Part shown: positions 11,058-20,560 of the stretch, in pieces
Layout of the letters: each line of letters begins with the position of its first letter
How positions within the stretch are numbered: the stretch's first letter is position 1
NCBI RefSeq assembly: GCF_000619845.1
Contig: NZ_JHUX01000003.1
Location: forward strand, 1,000,064 to 1,032,063
Origin: Alkanindiges illinoisensis DSM 15370
Lineage (GTDB): Bacteria > Pseudomonadota > Gammaproteobacteria > Pseudomonadales > Moraxellaceae
Direction: 5' to 3'
Length of the DNA: 32,000 bases
The notes under the pieces: model-generated
What the model was told of the DNA's origin: nothing
Database searches by the model: none
Seen by the model: only the letters and a program-made list of their open reading frames with translations
Translations under genes and position numbers: made by a program

Positions 11058-11708
11058 ATGTCTTTTTCGAGTCCTTCTGGTCAGTTTGCAAAGATTGGCC
11101 TGATGCACGGGTTATTGCTGGGAACTCTGGTTTTGGCCTGCATTATCGCCTCAATTCATCCGCTGGACTTTGAATCCTATTTACTGCATCAGGTGGGTAC
11201 AGTACTGGGCGTTGCACTATTGCTATTTTTGCAATTAAAACGTGAGGTCAGCCTCATGGGTTTTACCCTGACCATTGCTTTTATATTGCTACATATTCTG
11301 GGAGCACATTATTTATATTCCTATGTGCCGTATAATGACTGGATTAAAAGCTGGCTTGGCGTTGACCTGGATCAACATTTTGGCTGGTCACGCAATATGT
11401 ATGATCGCCTGATTCACTTTAGTTATGGCCTGCTGTTATTTAAAATCTGTTGTGATGTATTTTCAGCATGGCTACCTTCGGTTAAACCTTTTCAAATTGT
11501 TTTGCTGGTCATTCAGTTTATTATGGCAACCAGCATGGTTTATGAACTGATCGAATGGTGGATTGCCGTGGGGATGTCACCGGAAGCTGCCGAGAACTAT
11601 AATGGTCAGCAAGGCGACATCTGGGACGCCCAGAAAGACATGGCACTGGCAACACTGGGTGCGCTTTGCGCTGCACTGATCCAGCGCTTTTATTTATGGT
11701 TTAAATAG
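11058..11708 (+). CDS. Polytopic inner-membrane protein, DUF2238/YjdF-like
   Basis: 216 aa with about 6 hydrophobic helices. The pattern HILGAHYLYSYVPY...RNMYDRLIHFSYG...ELIEW resembles DUF2238 as I recall it. Not verified. Confidence 0.6.
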   Translation: MSFSSPSGQFAKIGLMHGLLLGTLVLACIIASIHPLDFESYLLHQVGTVLGVALLLFLQLKREVSLMGFTLTIAFILLHILGAHYLYSYVPYNDWIKSWLGVDLDQHFGWSRNMYDRLIHFSYGLLLFKICCDVFSAWLPSVKPFQIVLLVIQFIMATSMVYELIEWWIAVGMSPEAAENYNGQQGDIWDAQKDMALATLGALCAALIQRFYLWFK

Positions 11709-11722
11709 GAAGAAGCAGTCAC

Positions 11723-12904
11723 ATGCAAAGTTTACAGGTACTGGGCGGCATTAGTGCTGCCGAATTTTTTGCTGAGTACTGGCAAAAGAAACCGCTTCTG
11801 GTCAAAAATGCCTTGCCCGATGTTAAGGGCTTACTGGTACCTGACGATATTCTGGAACTGGCACAGGAAGACGGCATCACTGCACGGTTACTGACTCAGC
11901 AGGGTGCCCAGAATGAACAGTGGCGGGTTAAAAACTCTCCGCTCAATACCAAGGATTTTAAGAAACTACCCCCGCTCTGGACATTGCTGGTACAGGCACT
12001 GGATCACTTTTCACCGGATATTGCTGCGCTTTGGCAGCATTTTGATTTTATTCCACAATGGCGTCGCGATGACATCATGGTGTCCTATGCGCCCAAAGGT
12101 GGTTCGGTAGGCCGTCATTATGATCAATATGATGTGTTTCTGGTACAGGCTTACGGCAAACGCCGCTGGCAACTGGGCCAGTATTGCACGCCTGATAGTG
12201 AACTAATCCCCAACCAGCCGCTGCGCCTGTTGCCCGATATGGATGTGCATTTTGATGAAATTCTTGAACCAGGGGATTTGCTATATGTGCCGCCTACCCT
12301 GTCGCACTATGGCGTGGCAGAAGACAACTGCCTGACTTTATCCTTTGGCTTCCGCATGCCAGACAGCACGCAATTGTTGGATCAGTTTACTGATCATCTG
12401 CTTAGCAAGCCGGATACCCAGATTCCGGTAGCTGACCTTGCTGCGCGTTCTATTCAGTCCGCAGGCGAAGTCAGCCCAACTGACCTAGCCATGTTAAAGC
12501 AGCAGGTTATTCAGTTGCTGGAAAATACCAGTTATTTTGATGAAGCGGCTTTAAGCCTGCTCACTGAAAGCAAGTATCCCGACAGTTTGCCAGAAAATGA
12601 CGCCTTAACTACAGCAGAATTGCGTGAGCTACTGGATGAAGGTGCAATCATTCAGCGTGAACCGGCCACACGGCTACTGTATCGCCCTGTTGATGAGACA
12701 CAACTGGAATTCTGGGCACAGGGTGAAAAACTGGATGTACCGGCCAAACTTGCTCCTGTATTAAAACGGCTGGCAGACGGTGAAACACTTAATTTGCAGT
12801 CACTGGATCTGCAATTAACAGATGCTGAAATCACTGATCAGTTATTAACCATGTTTTGTGATTTGTATGAAGATGCCATTGTGATGATTCATATTCCTGA
12901 ATAA
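11723..12904 (+). CDS. roxA: JmjC/cupin ribosomal protein L16 Arg hydroxylase (YcfD/RoxA-like)
   Basis: 393 aa. N-terminus FFAEYWQKKPLLVKNA; 2-His-1-carboxylate motif GRHYDQYDVFLVQAYGKRRW and downstream LYVPPTLSHYG. Starts 14 nt after the DUF2238 gene. Confidence 0.8.
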   Translation: MQSLQVLGGISAAEFFAEYWQKKPLLVKNALPDVKGLLVPDDILELAQEDGITARLLTQQGAQNEQWRVKNSPLNTKDFKKLPPLWTLLVQALDHFSPDIAALWQHFDFIPQWRRDDIMVSYAPKGGSVGRHYDQYDVFLVQAYGKRRWQLGQYCTPDSELIPNQPLRLLPDMDVHFDEILEPGDLLYVPPTLSHYGVAEDNCLTLSFGFRMPDSTQLLDQFTDHLLSKPDTQIPVADLAARSIQSAGEVSPTDLAMLKQQVIQLLENTSYFDEAALSLLTESKYPDSLPENDALTTAELRELLDEGAIIQREPATRLLYRPVDETQLEFWAQGEKLDVPAKLAPVLKRLADGETLNLQSLDLQLTDAEITDQLLTMFCDLYEDAIVMIHIPE

Positions 12905-12922
12905 GGTTTTAGTACAATTGTG

Positions 12923-12948
12923 AGCAATAAATCTGGCACTTTATTGCT
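12923..12948 (+). other. Intercistronic hairpin between roxA and the downstream orphan gene
   Basis: AGCAATAAA 12923-12931 / TTTATTGCT 12940-12948, 8-nt loop, no clean T-run after it. It could be a leaky terminator or an RNA stability element. Confidence 0.4.
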
Positions 12949-13001
12949 ACAGTTTAACCATGCAAACCCATTGCGTTGGAATAGCCAGCAGGAGAATCGC
13001 A

Positions 13002-13712
13002 ATGCATGACGCCAGTTCTACGCCGCCTGAGCAAAGCATTGGTACCGATAACCCGGCTGATGAATTAAATGATGGCATAGACTATGTTCCTGTTCAGGTG
13101 CAGGCTGATGCAAACGCCGCTCGTGTGGTGAAGATTGAGAACCCGGAAGCGCTTAAGCAAAGCAACCACCCTGCTCATTCATCTGCTCAAAAGGCTGATG
13201 AAGATTCTACTGGGGAAGAACAATCGGCAGATCAGCGAGTGGCTATTGCCGGTAAGGATGTTCTTCAGCAAGCGATGGTCAAATTGCTTGGTCTGGCCCG
13301 GCGGGAAGTCCTGATTGTGCTACCATCCATGCACGAGCTATTTGATGACGCACGAATTGGCCAGGGTTTGCTGGATTTTATCAAGCCTTCGCCCAGGCGT
13401 GAGGTTCTGATGTTGCTCAATACCCTTGCCGACCAGCAGGCTACTACCCATCAATTGATTAAACTGGCTCAGCGTATTTCCAGCCGGATACAGCTTAAAC
13501 AGGCCAGCAACCTGCTGGAACCGCCAGTGATGGAATCCGATTATCTGATAGTTATAGACCGAACCCATATTTTGCGTATTGATGATATTGATAAATATTC
13601 CGGCTGGTTTGATGTCAACTTTGCCAGCCGTGCGCAAAAATACGCTGGTAGCCTGTTACAGCAATGGCCCAAGGCTAGGGAAATTACTGAATTTCGTCAG
13701 TTTAGTCTTTAG
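13002..13712 (+). CDS. Hypothetical protein: acidic low-complexity N-terminus plus a ~150 aa C-terminal domain of unknown function
   Basis: ATG 13002 is preceded by AGGAGA with 6-nt spacing; track start 12960 lacks an RBS. The N-terminal ~90 aa are rich in D/E/Q/A/S. The C-terminal part (REVLIVLPSM...REVLMLLN...DYLIVIDRTHILRIDD) has regular beta-alpha character. Confidence 0.6.
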   Translation: MHDASSTPPEQSIGTDNPADELNDGIDYVPVQVQADANAARVVKIENPEALKQSNHPAHSSAQKADEDSTGEEQSADQRVAIAGKDVLQQAMVKLLGLARREVLIVLPSMHELFDDARIGQGLLDFIKPSPRREVLMLLNTLADQQATTHQLIKLAQRISSRIQLKQASNLLEPPVMESDYLIVIDRTHILRIDDIDKYSGWFDVNFASRAQKYAGSLLQQWPKAREITEFRQFSL

Positions 13713-13744
13713 TGTTTGTTCAATCTGGCCTAGTTAAAAATATA

Positions 13745-13777
13745 AAAAAGATAGCACAATCAATGTACTATCTTTTT
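13745..13777. terminator. Bidirectional terminator between the convergent orphan gene and the esterase gene
   Basis: AAAAAGATAG 13745-13754 / CTATCTTTTT 13768-13777, 13-nt loop. Confidence 0.75.
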
Positions 13778-13801
13778 ATATGGAAAATAATTAGTAAAGT
13801 T

Positions 13802-14803
13802 TTAAAAGTTACGATTATCGTTGGCGTTAAATGCTTTGCGTAAATTACTTACTGCAAAGTCCACTGCTTCCTTGGCTTTACCAACTGCACCTGCTAGCCC
13901 AAAAAACTCATGGGTAACACCTGCATAGCGCCGGGTATTTACCTGTACACCAGCATCTGCCAAACGCTGGGCATAGGCTTCGCCTTCATCACGTAATGGG
14001 TCAAGCTCAGCGGTAATCACAGTAGCAGGCGGTAATCCTGTCAGATCTGGCGAGCGTAATGGTGAGGCATACACATGCTCGCCTTCACTCATATCATTCA
14101 GGTAATGACCCCAGAACCATTTCATCATGGCAGCATTGAGCGGTTTGGCTTCAGCCTGCTCGGTATAGGATGGGGAATTCATCTGGCTATCTGTTACTGG
14201 ATAAACCAGTAATTGTGCCACGGGCATCAGGCCACCTTCATCCTTGGCACGCAGGCACGATACAGCAGCCAAGTTACCGCCAGCACTTTCACCAGCGACT
14301 GCAACCCTGAGTGGATCGCCGTTCAGGGTTGACGCGTTCTCAAGTACCCATTGCAGCGCTGCATAGGCATCATCCACGGCGGCTGGGAACTTGTGTTCAG
14401 GTGCTTGTCGATAGGCAACCGATACCACAATGCTATCTGCTGCATTACATAAGCAACGGCAGGTTGGTTCATAGACATCCAGATTTGCAATGACCCAGCC
14501 GCCACCATGAAAATACACAATCACTGGAAATGGCCCATCCCCATCTGGTGTATATACGCGAGCCAGCACTTCGCCACTGTCCGTTGGAATTAAAATATGG
14601 TCAATGCGTCCTACAGGCTCTGGTAAGGTTGGCATAACCAGATTTTTAGAACGAACCATGGCGCTTTCAGCTGCCATTTCTTCCACTGCATTTTTGGGAG
14701 TGGGATTATTCCGGGCGTTTTCCGGCGACAATTTTTCCAGAGGTGGAGCATTAAATTTGGCCAGTTGATCTAATATAGCCTGCATTTGCGAATCAGTGTT
14801 CAT
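13802..14803 (-). CDS. Alpha/beta hydrolase, hormone-sensitive-lipase (HSL) family esterase
   Basis: Oxyanion HGGGW, nucleophile elbow GESAGG, DPLRDEG and a C-terminal H (VTHEF). The track start 14818 is TTG; the first ATG is 14803 (MNTDSQ). Confidence 0.85.
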   Translation of the reverse strand: MNTDSQMQAILDQLAKFNAPPLEKLSPENARNNPTPKNAVEEMAAESAMVRSKNLVMPTLPEPVGRIDHILIPTDSGEVLARVYTPDGDGPFPVIVYFHGGGWVIANLDVYEPTCRCLCNAADSIVVSVAYRQAPEHKFPAAVDDAYAALQWVLENASTLNGDPLRVAVAGESAGGNLAAVSCLRAKDEGGLMPVAQLLVYPVTDSQMNSPSYTEQAEAKPLNAAMMKWFWGHYLNDMSEGEHVYASPLRSPDLTGLPPATVITAELDPLRDEGEAYAQRLADAGVQVNTRRYAGVTHEFFGLAGAVGKAKEAVDFAVSNLRKAFNANDNRNF

Positions 14804-15095
14804 GTTTTGTAGATCCAATTTTTATAAGATTATTGATCCTAAAAGTTTTTTTTCTTTATCCTGTATAAGAACCTTAAGCGATGTGACAAAATACTCAACT
14901 ACTGTGCCACTTGTTTTTCAATTTTTTGTAATTAAATCATTTATTTTTAAATATTTTTTCATTATAAATTATTTTAGTCCAACTTTGGGTTTTGTTGAGT
15001 TTCCTGTAAATAGTTACTTAATTTTGCTTAAAATTACATCAAATCTCTTAATCAACATGGGATTGTTTCCTGTTTCATGGATTAAAAAGTCAGCG

Positions 15096-15124
15096 CAAAC
15101 CTGATAATAGGCTATACAGGTTTG
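15096..15124 (-). terminator. Possible terminator of the GltB-like gene
   Basis: CAAACCTG 15096-15103 / CAGGTTTG 15117-15124. On the minus strand the T5 run starts 7 nt after the stem, so it is imperfect. Confidence 0.45.
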
Positions 15125-15138
15125 TATCATAATGCAGC

Positions 15139-16848
15139 CTATGTAAAGCTTTCAGTTAAACACTCAAAGGATTCAGCTTGCGCCTTTTTCCACATATCAT
15201 GGTAAAAATTGCTGTCTGTAGTATCTTTTAGCAAATCGCCCGGTTTTAAAAAGAAGTGGATTTGCTCATAGTTTTTGATTTCCGTGGCTGAATAACGACG
15301 TACCAGATGATGCGCCTTAATATCGCATGGATGATGTAAACCTGCGGCCGCAATCATTTCTGACAGTGCATGCAAAGTATTGCGATGGTAACGGTATACC
15401 CGTTCGCCTTTATCGGTTACTACCAGTGCCTTTTGCCGCGATTCACTTTGGGTTGCAACCCCGGTTGGACATTTATTGGTATTGCAGCTTAAAGACTGAA
15501 TACAACCCAGCGCAAACATAAAACCGCGTCCGGCATTAACCCAGTCGGCACCCAGTGCGAAAACCCGTGCAATATCAAAAGCACTGACAATTTTTCCTGC
15601 TGCGCCAAGCTTGATTTTATCGCGCAGCTTAACGCCTACCAGCGTATTATGCACAAACAGTAACCCTTCACGTAAAGGCGCGCCCACATGATTGGTAAAT
15701 TCCAGTGGCGCTGCACCCGTACCACCTTCTGCACCATCAACCACAATAAAATCAGGCACAACACCGGTTTGCAACATGGCTTTGACAATGCCCATAAATT
15801 CCCAGGGCTGACCAATACATAACTTGAATCCTACTGGCTTGCCACCGCTTAATTCACGCAAACGCTGAATAAACGCCATCAATTGCAGCGGATTGGAAAA
15901 AGTAGAATGTCCGGCAGGGGAAATACAATCCTCTGTCATCGGGATACCGCGCACAGCAGCAATTTGCGGTGTGATTTTTTCTTTAGGCAAAATGCCGCCG
16001 TGCCCTGGTTTTGCCCCCTGGCTAATCTTGATTTCAATCATTTTTACTGACGGTAAGACAGCCTGTTTGGCAAATTTTTCCGGATCAAACTGGCCAAAGC
16101 CATCACGGCAGCCAAAATAGGCACTACCCAGCTCCCACACCAGATCACCGCCAAATTCCAGATGATAGGGGCTAATGCTGCCCTCGCCGGTATCATGCGA
16201 AAAATTGCCTTTTTTAGCGCCCTTATTTAAAGCACGAATGGCATTGGCACTTAAGCTGCCAAAACTCATGGCCGAGATATTAAAAATTGAGCAGGAATAA
16301 GGCTGTTTGCATTGTTCATTGCCAATCGTAATCCGGAAACTGTCAGGATCAGCCTGCTTGACCGGAGTAATAGACTGGCTAATAAACTCATAGTTAGTAG
16401 CATACACATCCAGCAAGGTACCAAATGGTTTTTCCGAGCTTAAATTCTTGGCGCGCTGATAAATTAGACTGCGCTGTGCCCGGGAAAAGGGTAAATAATC
16501 CTCCTCGCCTTCAAACAAATACTGTCTAAGCTCAGGACGCAGCATCTCAAACAGATAGCGAAAATGGCCAATTACCGGATAGGTACGCAATAAGGTGTGC
16601 TTTTTCTGGATTACATCATATAAACCCAGTGCGCTTAACAATACAGTAATTAGCGTTAGGCTATGCTGAATGCTGGATGAAAAAAACAGGCCTATAATAT
16701 TTTCGCTATAAGGCCATGATGCAAAGCTGAGCACGGTATACAGGATGGCAATAATCCAGACCAGATAACGCATCAGAAAAGAACCAATAATGATGCTGCT
16801 GATTTGTGCCAGCACACTTCTTCCCAATCTGCTTCCGGGCTTGCTCAT
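15139..16848 (-). CDS. FMN-binding glutamate synthase family protein (GltB FMN-domain homolog) with an N-terminal membrane anchor
   Basis: The C-terminal ~430 aa carry GltB-domain blocks (ISQGAKPGHGGILP, DFIVVDGAEGGTGAAP, LGADWVNAGRGFMFALGC). The N-terminal ~100 aa form 2-3 hydrophobic helices. ATG 16848 is preceded by GAGG; the track start is TTG 16860. Confidence 0.85.
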   Translation of the reverse strand: MSKPGSRLGRSVLAQISSIIIGSFLMRYLVWIIAILYTVLSFASWPYSENIIGLFFSSSIQHSLTLITVLLSALGLYDVIQKKHTLLRTYPVIGHFRYLFEMLRPELRQYLFEGEEDYLPFSRAQRSLIYQRAKNLSSEKPFGTLLDVYATNYEFISQSITPVKQADPDSFRITIGNEQCKQPYSCSIFNISAMSFGSLSANAIRALNKGAKKGNFSHDTGEGSISPYHLEFGGDLVWELGSAYFGCRDGFGQFDPEKFAKQAVLPSVKMIEIKISQGAKPGHGGILPKEKITPQIAAVRGIPMTEDCISPAGHSTFSNPLQLMAFIQRLRELSGGKPVGFKLCIGQPWEFMGIVKAMLQTGVVPDFIVVDGAEGGTGAAPLEFTNHVGAPLREGLLFVHNTLVGVKLRDKIKLGAAGKIVSAFDIARVFALGADWVNAGRGFMFALGCIQSLSCNTNKCPTGVATQSESRQKALVVTDKGERVYRYHRNTLHALSEMIAAAGLHHPCDIKAHHLVRRYSATEIKNYEQIHFFLKPGDLLKDTTDSNFYHDMWKKAQAESFECLTESFT

Positions 16849-16963
16849 CAATAACCTCAAATTCTTACAACTGGCTATATTGCCTTTGAAAGAAACTATG
16901 GGTTAGTTACAGGCTGTTTTTAAATTATTGAATTGTAAGAGTAAGCAATAAAACGTTATTGGC

Positions 16964-17001
16964 CTGCCTGTTTATCATGTACATACAGTACAAACAGGCA
17001 G
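16964..17001 (-). terminator. Hairpin downstream of ppsR (probable terminator)
   Basis: Perfect 10-bp stem CTGCCTGTTT 16964-16973 / AAACAGGCAG 16992-17001 with an 18-nt loop. The T-run on the minus strand is displaced. Confidence 0.45.
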
Positions 17002-17020
17002 ATTTTATGCAGGAAATAAT

Positions 17021-17857
17021 TTAGCTGATACGGCGTTTTAGGCCAGTGGTTTGCAGTATGCGGGTTGAGATTTCCTCAATCGACATTTCCGACACATTTA
17101 GGTAAGGAATGCCTTCAGAAATATAAATACCCTGAATGGCGCGCAGTTCCATCTGGCATTGCTGAAAGCTGGCATAGCGACTATTGGCTTTGCGCTCACT
17201 GCGAATGGCTACCAGACGCTCAGGTTCAATCATCAGGCCAAACAGTTTTTTCTTGTGTTCCTTAAGCACCTTGGGCAAGCGGTTATCGTCAAGGTCTTCC
17301 TCGGTAATCGGATAATTGGCCACCCGGATACCAAATTGCAACGCAAGATAAATCGAGGTTGGAGTTTTGCCAGAGCGTGATACGCCAATCAAAATCAGGT
17401 CAGCCATATCATAATGACGGGTTTTAGCCCCATCATCATTGTCCAGCGCATAATGGACGGCATCAATCCGCGATTTATAGTTTTCAGAATCCACGCTGCT
17501 ATGGGCATTGCCCACCTGAGGTGAAGCTTTCACATTCAATTCGGTTTCAATCTTGCTAATCAGGCCTTCAAATACGTCCAGATTGATGGCATTGGCGGTA
17601 TTAATCACATCACGCACCAGCGGATCGACCAAAGTATCAAAGACTAAAGGCGGAGCACCATCACGAATTGCACACTTGTTGATTTCCTGTACCACATCCA
17701 TGGCCCGCTCTTCAGTATCGACATAAGGAATAATATGTATTTCAAAATCAACGGTAGAAAATTGTGCCAACAGGGAATGACCGAGGGTTTCGGCAGTAAT
17801 CGCTGTACCATCTGAAACAAAAAATACACTGCGATGCACTGCTGTTTTATCGACCAT
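17021..17857 (-). CDS. ppsR: PEP synthase regulatory protein (bifunctional kinase/pyrophosphorylase, DUF299)
   Basis: N-terminus RSVFFVSDGTAITAE and P-loop LIGVSRSGKTPTS. Divergent from ppsA, as ydiA is in E. coli. Confidence 0.9.
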   Translation of the reverse strand: MVDKTAVHRSVFFVSDGTAITAETLGHSLLAQFSTVDFEIHIIPYVDTEERAMDVVQEINKCAIRDGAPPLVFDTLVDPLVRDVINTANAINLDVFEGLISKIETELNVKASPQVGNAHSSVDSENYKSRIDAVHYALDNDDGAKTRHYDMADLILIGVSRSGKTPTSIYLALQFGIRVANYPITEEDLDDNRLPKVLKEHKKKLFGLMIEPERLVAIRSERKANSRYASFQQCQMELRAIQGIYISEGIPYLNVSEMSIEEISTRILQTTGLKRRIS

Positions 17858-17995
17858 TTTAACCTCTTTAATATTTGTCTAAAGTAAACATTATCTTTAT
17901 AGTAACCTGATATTTAGTAGCTGTCGCCTGTCACTATCCTGTAGGCGATGCATTCTTGTATCATTGCTGCGATCCAGTAATGTTTTTTAAATGGA

Positions 17996-20386
17996 GTGTC
18001 AATTTTGGAAGCGCGCGTAATTGGTTTAGAAAAGCTGGGCAAACATGACGTAGAGCAAGTGGGCGGCAAGAATGCCTCACTTGGCGAAATGATCAGTCAT
18101 TTGTCCAATGCGGGTGTCAGTGTGCCGGGTGGCTTTGCAACAACAGCACAGGCCTACCGTGACTTCCTTGAACAAAGCGGCTTAAATGCAAAAATCCAGG
18201 CCGAACTTGATTCTTTAAATGTTGACGACGTTCAGGCGCTCACCGAAACCGGTGCAAAAATCCGTCAGTGGGTGATTGACACTCCCCTTATTCCTGAACT
18301 TGAACAAGAAATTCGTGAAGCATTTGCAGCCCTTGCTGGTGACAATCCAGACATTGCCGTTGCAGTACGCTCCTCTGCAACTGCTGAAGATTTGCCGGAT
18401 GCTTCGTTTGCCGGCCAGCAGGAAACCTTCCTGAATATCCGTGGCATTGACAATGTGCTGGTTGCCGTTAAGGAAGTATTTGCCTCGCTGTTTAATGACC
18501 GTGCGATTGCCTATCGCGTGCATCAGGGCTATGCGCATTCCAACGTGGCACTGTCTGCCGGTATCCAGCGCATGGTTCGCTCTGAGACTGGTGCAGCAGG
18601 CGTCATGTTTACGCTGGATACCGAATCCGGCTTCCGTGATGTGGTGTTTATTACCGCCTCTTATGGTTTAGGCGAAATGGTGGTGCAAGGTGCCGTAAAC
18701 CCGGATGAATTCTATCTTTCCAAGCCATTGCTGGAAAATGGCAAGCTGGCCGTAGTACGCCGTAATCTGGGCAGCAAGCACCAGAAAATGATTTATGGCG
18801 AAACTGGTGTTACCGGCAAATCTACGGTGATTGTGGATGTTGAAAAACAGGAACGTCATCAGTTTGCCTTGAATGACCATGAGCTGACCGAGCTGGCCAA
18901 GCAAGCGCTGATTATTGAAAAACACTATGGCGCACCGATGGATATCGAGTGGGCCAAAGATGGCGATGATGGCAAGCTGTACATTGTTCAGGCGCGTCCT
19001 GAAACGGTAAAAAGCCGTCAAAACGTTGGCACCATGGAGCGCTACCTGCTTAAGCAAAAAGGCAATGTGCTGTGCGAAGGCCGTTCGATTGGCCAGCGCA
19101 TTGGTTCCGGCAAGGTGCGTGTGGTCACGTCCATCAAGGAAATGGACAAGGTCCAACCGGGTGACGTGCTGGTATCCGACATGACTGATCCCGACTGGGA
19201 ACCAGTGATGAAGCGCGCTTCCGCAATTGTGACCAATCGTGGGGGACGTACCTGTCACGCAGCAATTATTGCCCGTGAACTGGGTGTGCCAGCCATTGTA
19301 GGTTGTGGTAATGCCACCGAAGTGCTCACCGAAGATCAGGCAGTGACCGTTTCCTGTGCCGAAGGCGATACTGGCTATATTTATGAAGGTGCACTGGACT
19401 TTGAAATTCAGCGTAACTCCATTGAATCCATGCCACCGCTACCGTTCAAGATCATGATGAATGTTGGTAATCCGGATCGCGCGTTTGACTTTGCCCAGAT
19501 TCCCAATCAGGGTATTGGTCTTGCACGCCTTGAGTTCATCATCAACCGCATGATTGGCGTACACCCCAAGGCACTGCTGAACATTGAAAGCCTGCCGCGT
19601 GAAACCCGTGCTGCCGTGATGGCACGCACTTGTGGCTATGCCTCGCCAATTGACTTTTATGTAGAAAAACTGGTGGAAGGTATTTCAACACTGGCTGCTG
19701 CCTTTGCCGACAAGCCTGTGATTGTGCGCATGTCCGACTTTAAGTCCAATGAATATGCCAACCTGATTGGCGGCAAGCTGTACGAACCAGAAGAAGAAAA
19801 CCCGATGCTGGGTTTCCGTGGTGCCAGCCGTTATGTATCGGACAACTTCCGTGACTGCTTTGAGCTGGAATGCCGTGCGTTGAAAAAAGTGCGTGATGAA
19901 ATGGGCCTGACCAACGTCAAGATCATGATTCCGTTTGTACGTACCGTGGGTGAAGCTGCTCGCGTGATTGAACTGTTGGCTGCCAACGGCCTGCGCCGTG
20001 GTGAAAATGGCCTGGAAATCATCATGATGTGCGAATTGCCAACCAATGCGCTATTGGCTGACAAATTCCTCGAGCATTTTGACGGCTTCTCGATTGGTTC
20101 CAACGACTTAACCCAGTTAACCCTGGGTCTGGATCGTGATTCCGGCATTGTATCGCACCTGTTTGATGAGCGTGATGAAGCTGTAAAAACCTTACTATCC
20201 ATGGCAATTCAAGCTTGTAATAAAGCAGGCAAATATATTGGCATTTGCGGTCAAGGCCCATCTGACCACCCTGATCTCGCGCTATGGCTGATGGAACAGG
20301 GCATTGATTCGGTTTCCCTGAATCCGGATTCTGTACTGGAAACCTGGTTCTTCCTTGCTGAAGATCAGGCCAATAAAGGCGCTTAA
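17996..20386 (+). CDS. ppsA: Phosphoenolpyruvate synthase
   Basis: 796 aa. [11 protein letters not shown]; phospho-His swivel [15 protein letters not shown]; PEP-utilising C-terminal signature [18 protein letters not shown] start at 17996. Confidence 0.95.
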   Translation: MSILEARVIGLEKLGKHDVEQVGGKNASLGEMISHLSNAGVSVPGGFATTAQAYRDFLEQSGLNAKIQAELDSLNVDDVQALTETGAKIRQWVIDTPLIPELEQEIREAFAALAGDNPDIAVAVRSSATAEDLPDASFAGQQETFLNIRGIDNVLVAVKEVFASLFNDRAIAYRVHQGYAHSNVALSAGIQRMVRSETGAAGVMFTLDTESGFRDVVFITASYGLGEMVVQGAVNPDEFYLSKPLLENGKLAVVRRNLGSKHQKMIYGETGVTGKSTVIVDVEKQERHQFALNDHELTELAKQALIIEKHYGAPMDIEWAKDGDDGKLYIVQARPETVKSRQNVGTMERYLLKQKGNVLCEGRSIGQRIGSGKVRVVTSIKEMDKVQPGDVLVSDMTDPDWEPVMKRASAIVTNRGGRTCHAAIIARELGVPAIVGCGNATEVLTEDQAVTVSCAEGDTGYIYEGALDFEIQRNSIESMPPLPFKIMMNVGNPDRAFDFAQIPNQGIGLARLEFIINRMIGVHPKALLNIESLPRETRAAVMARTCGYASPIDFYVEKLVEGISTLAAAFADKPVIVRMSDFKSNEYANLIGGKLYEPEEENPMLGFRGASRYVSDNFRDCFELECRALKKVRDEMGLTNVKIMIPFVRTVGEAARVIELLAANGLRRGENGLEIIMMCELPTNALLADKFLEHFDGFSIGSNDLTQLTLGLDRDSGIVSHLFDERDEAVKTLLSMAIQACNKAGKYIGICGQGPSDHPDLALWLMEQGIDSVSLNPDSVLETWFFLAEDQANKGA

Positions 20387-20424
20387 CAGCATTTGCCGAT
20401 GGGCATTGCAACCTTGATGCCCCG

Positions 20425-20471
20425 CTTACTCAGGCACAATCTTATATAGAGCTTAATCTGGCCTGAGTAAG
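20425..20471. other. Perfect 11-bp inverted repeat with a 25-nt AT-rich loop, 3' of ppsA
   Basis: CTTACTCAGGC 20425-20435 / GCCTGAGTAAG 20461-20471. Flanked by a 6-bp hairpin (20401-20422) and the terminator at 20492. Confidence 0.5.
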
Positions 20472-20491
20472 TTCAAAATTCTTTTCTTAAT

Positions 20492-20514
20492 GACCCATGC
20501 CAATGGGTCTTTTT
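20492..20514 (+). terminator. Rho-independent terminator (ppsA transcript or a 3'-derived RNA)
   Basis: GACCCAT 20492-20498, loop GCCA, ATGGGTC 20503-20509, TTTTT 20510-20514. Confidence 0.8.
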
Positions 20515-20560
20515 CATTAAAATAACGCAAAGTCACTTTCTAGCTTTAAGGTTTAACACA

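Noticed and set aside
14796-15104. 102-aa + strand ORF spanning the AT-rich spacer
   Set aside because: The translation is F/I/K/L-rich low complexity produced by ~24% G+C DNA, and it overlaps the esterase start. It is most likely non-coding.
17858-17995. Short inverted repeat TCGCCT-N13-AGGCGA in the ppsR/ppsA divergent promoter region
   Set aside because: It has only 6 bp arms and I can name no known regulator motif. That is insufficient to call an operator.
18668-19258. 196-aa ORF antisense to ppsA; also 7952-8425 antisense to mnmA and 9520-9921 antisense to purB
   Set aside because: These are shadow ORFs inside strongly conserved housekeeping genes. There are no start signals or domain motifs.
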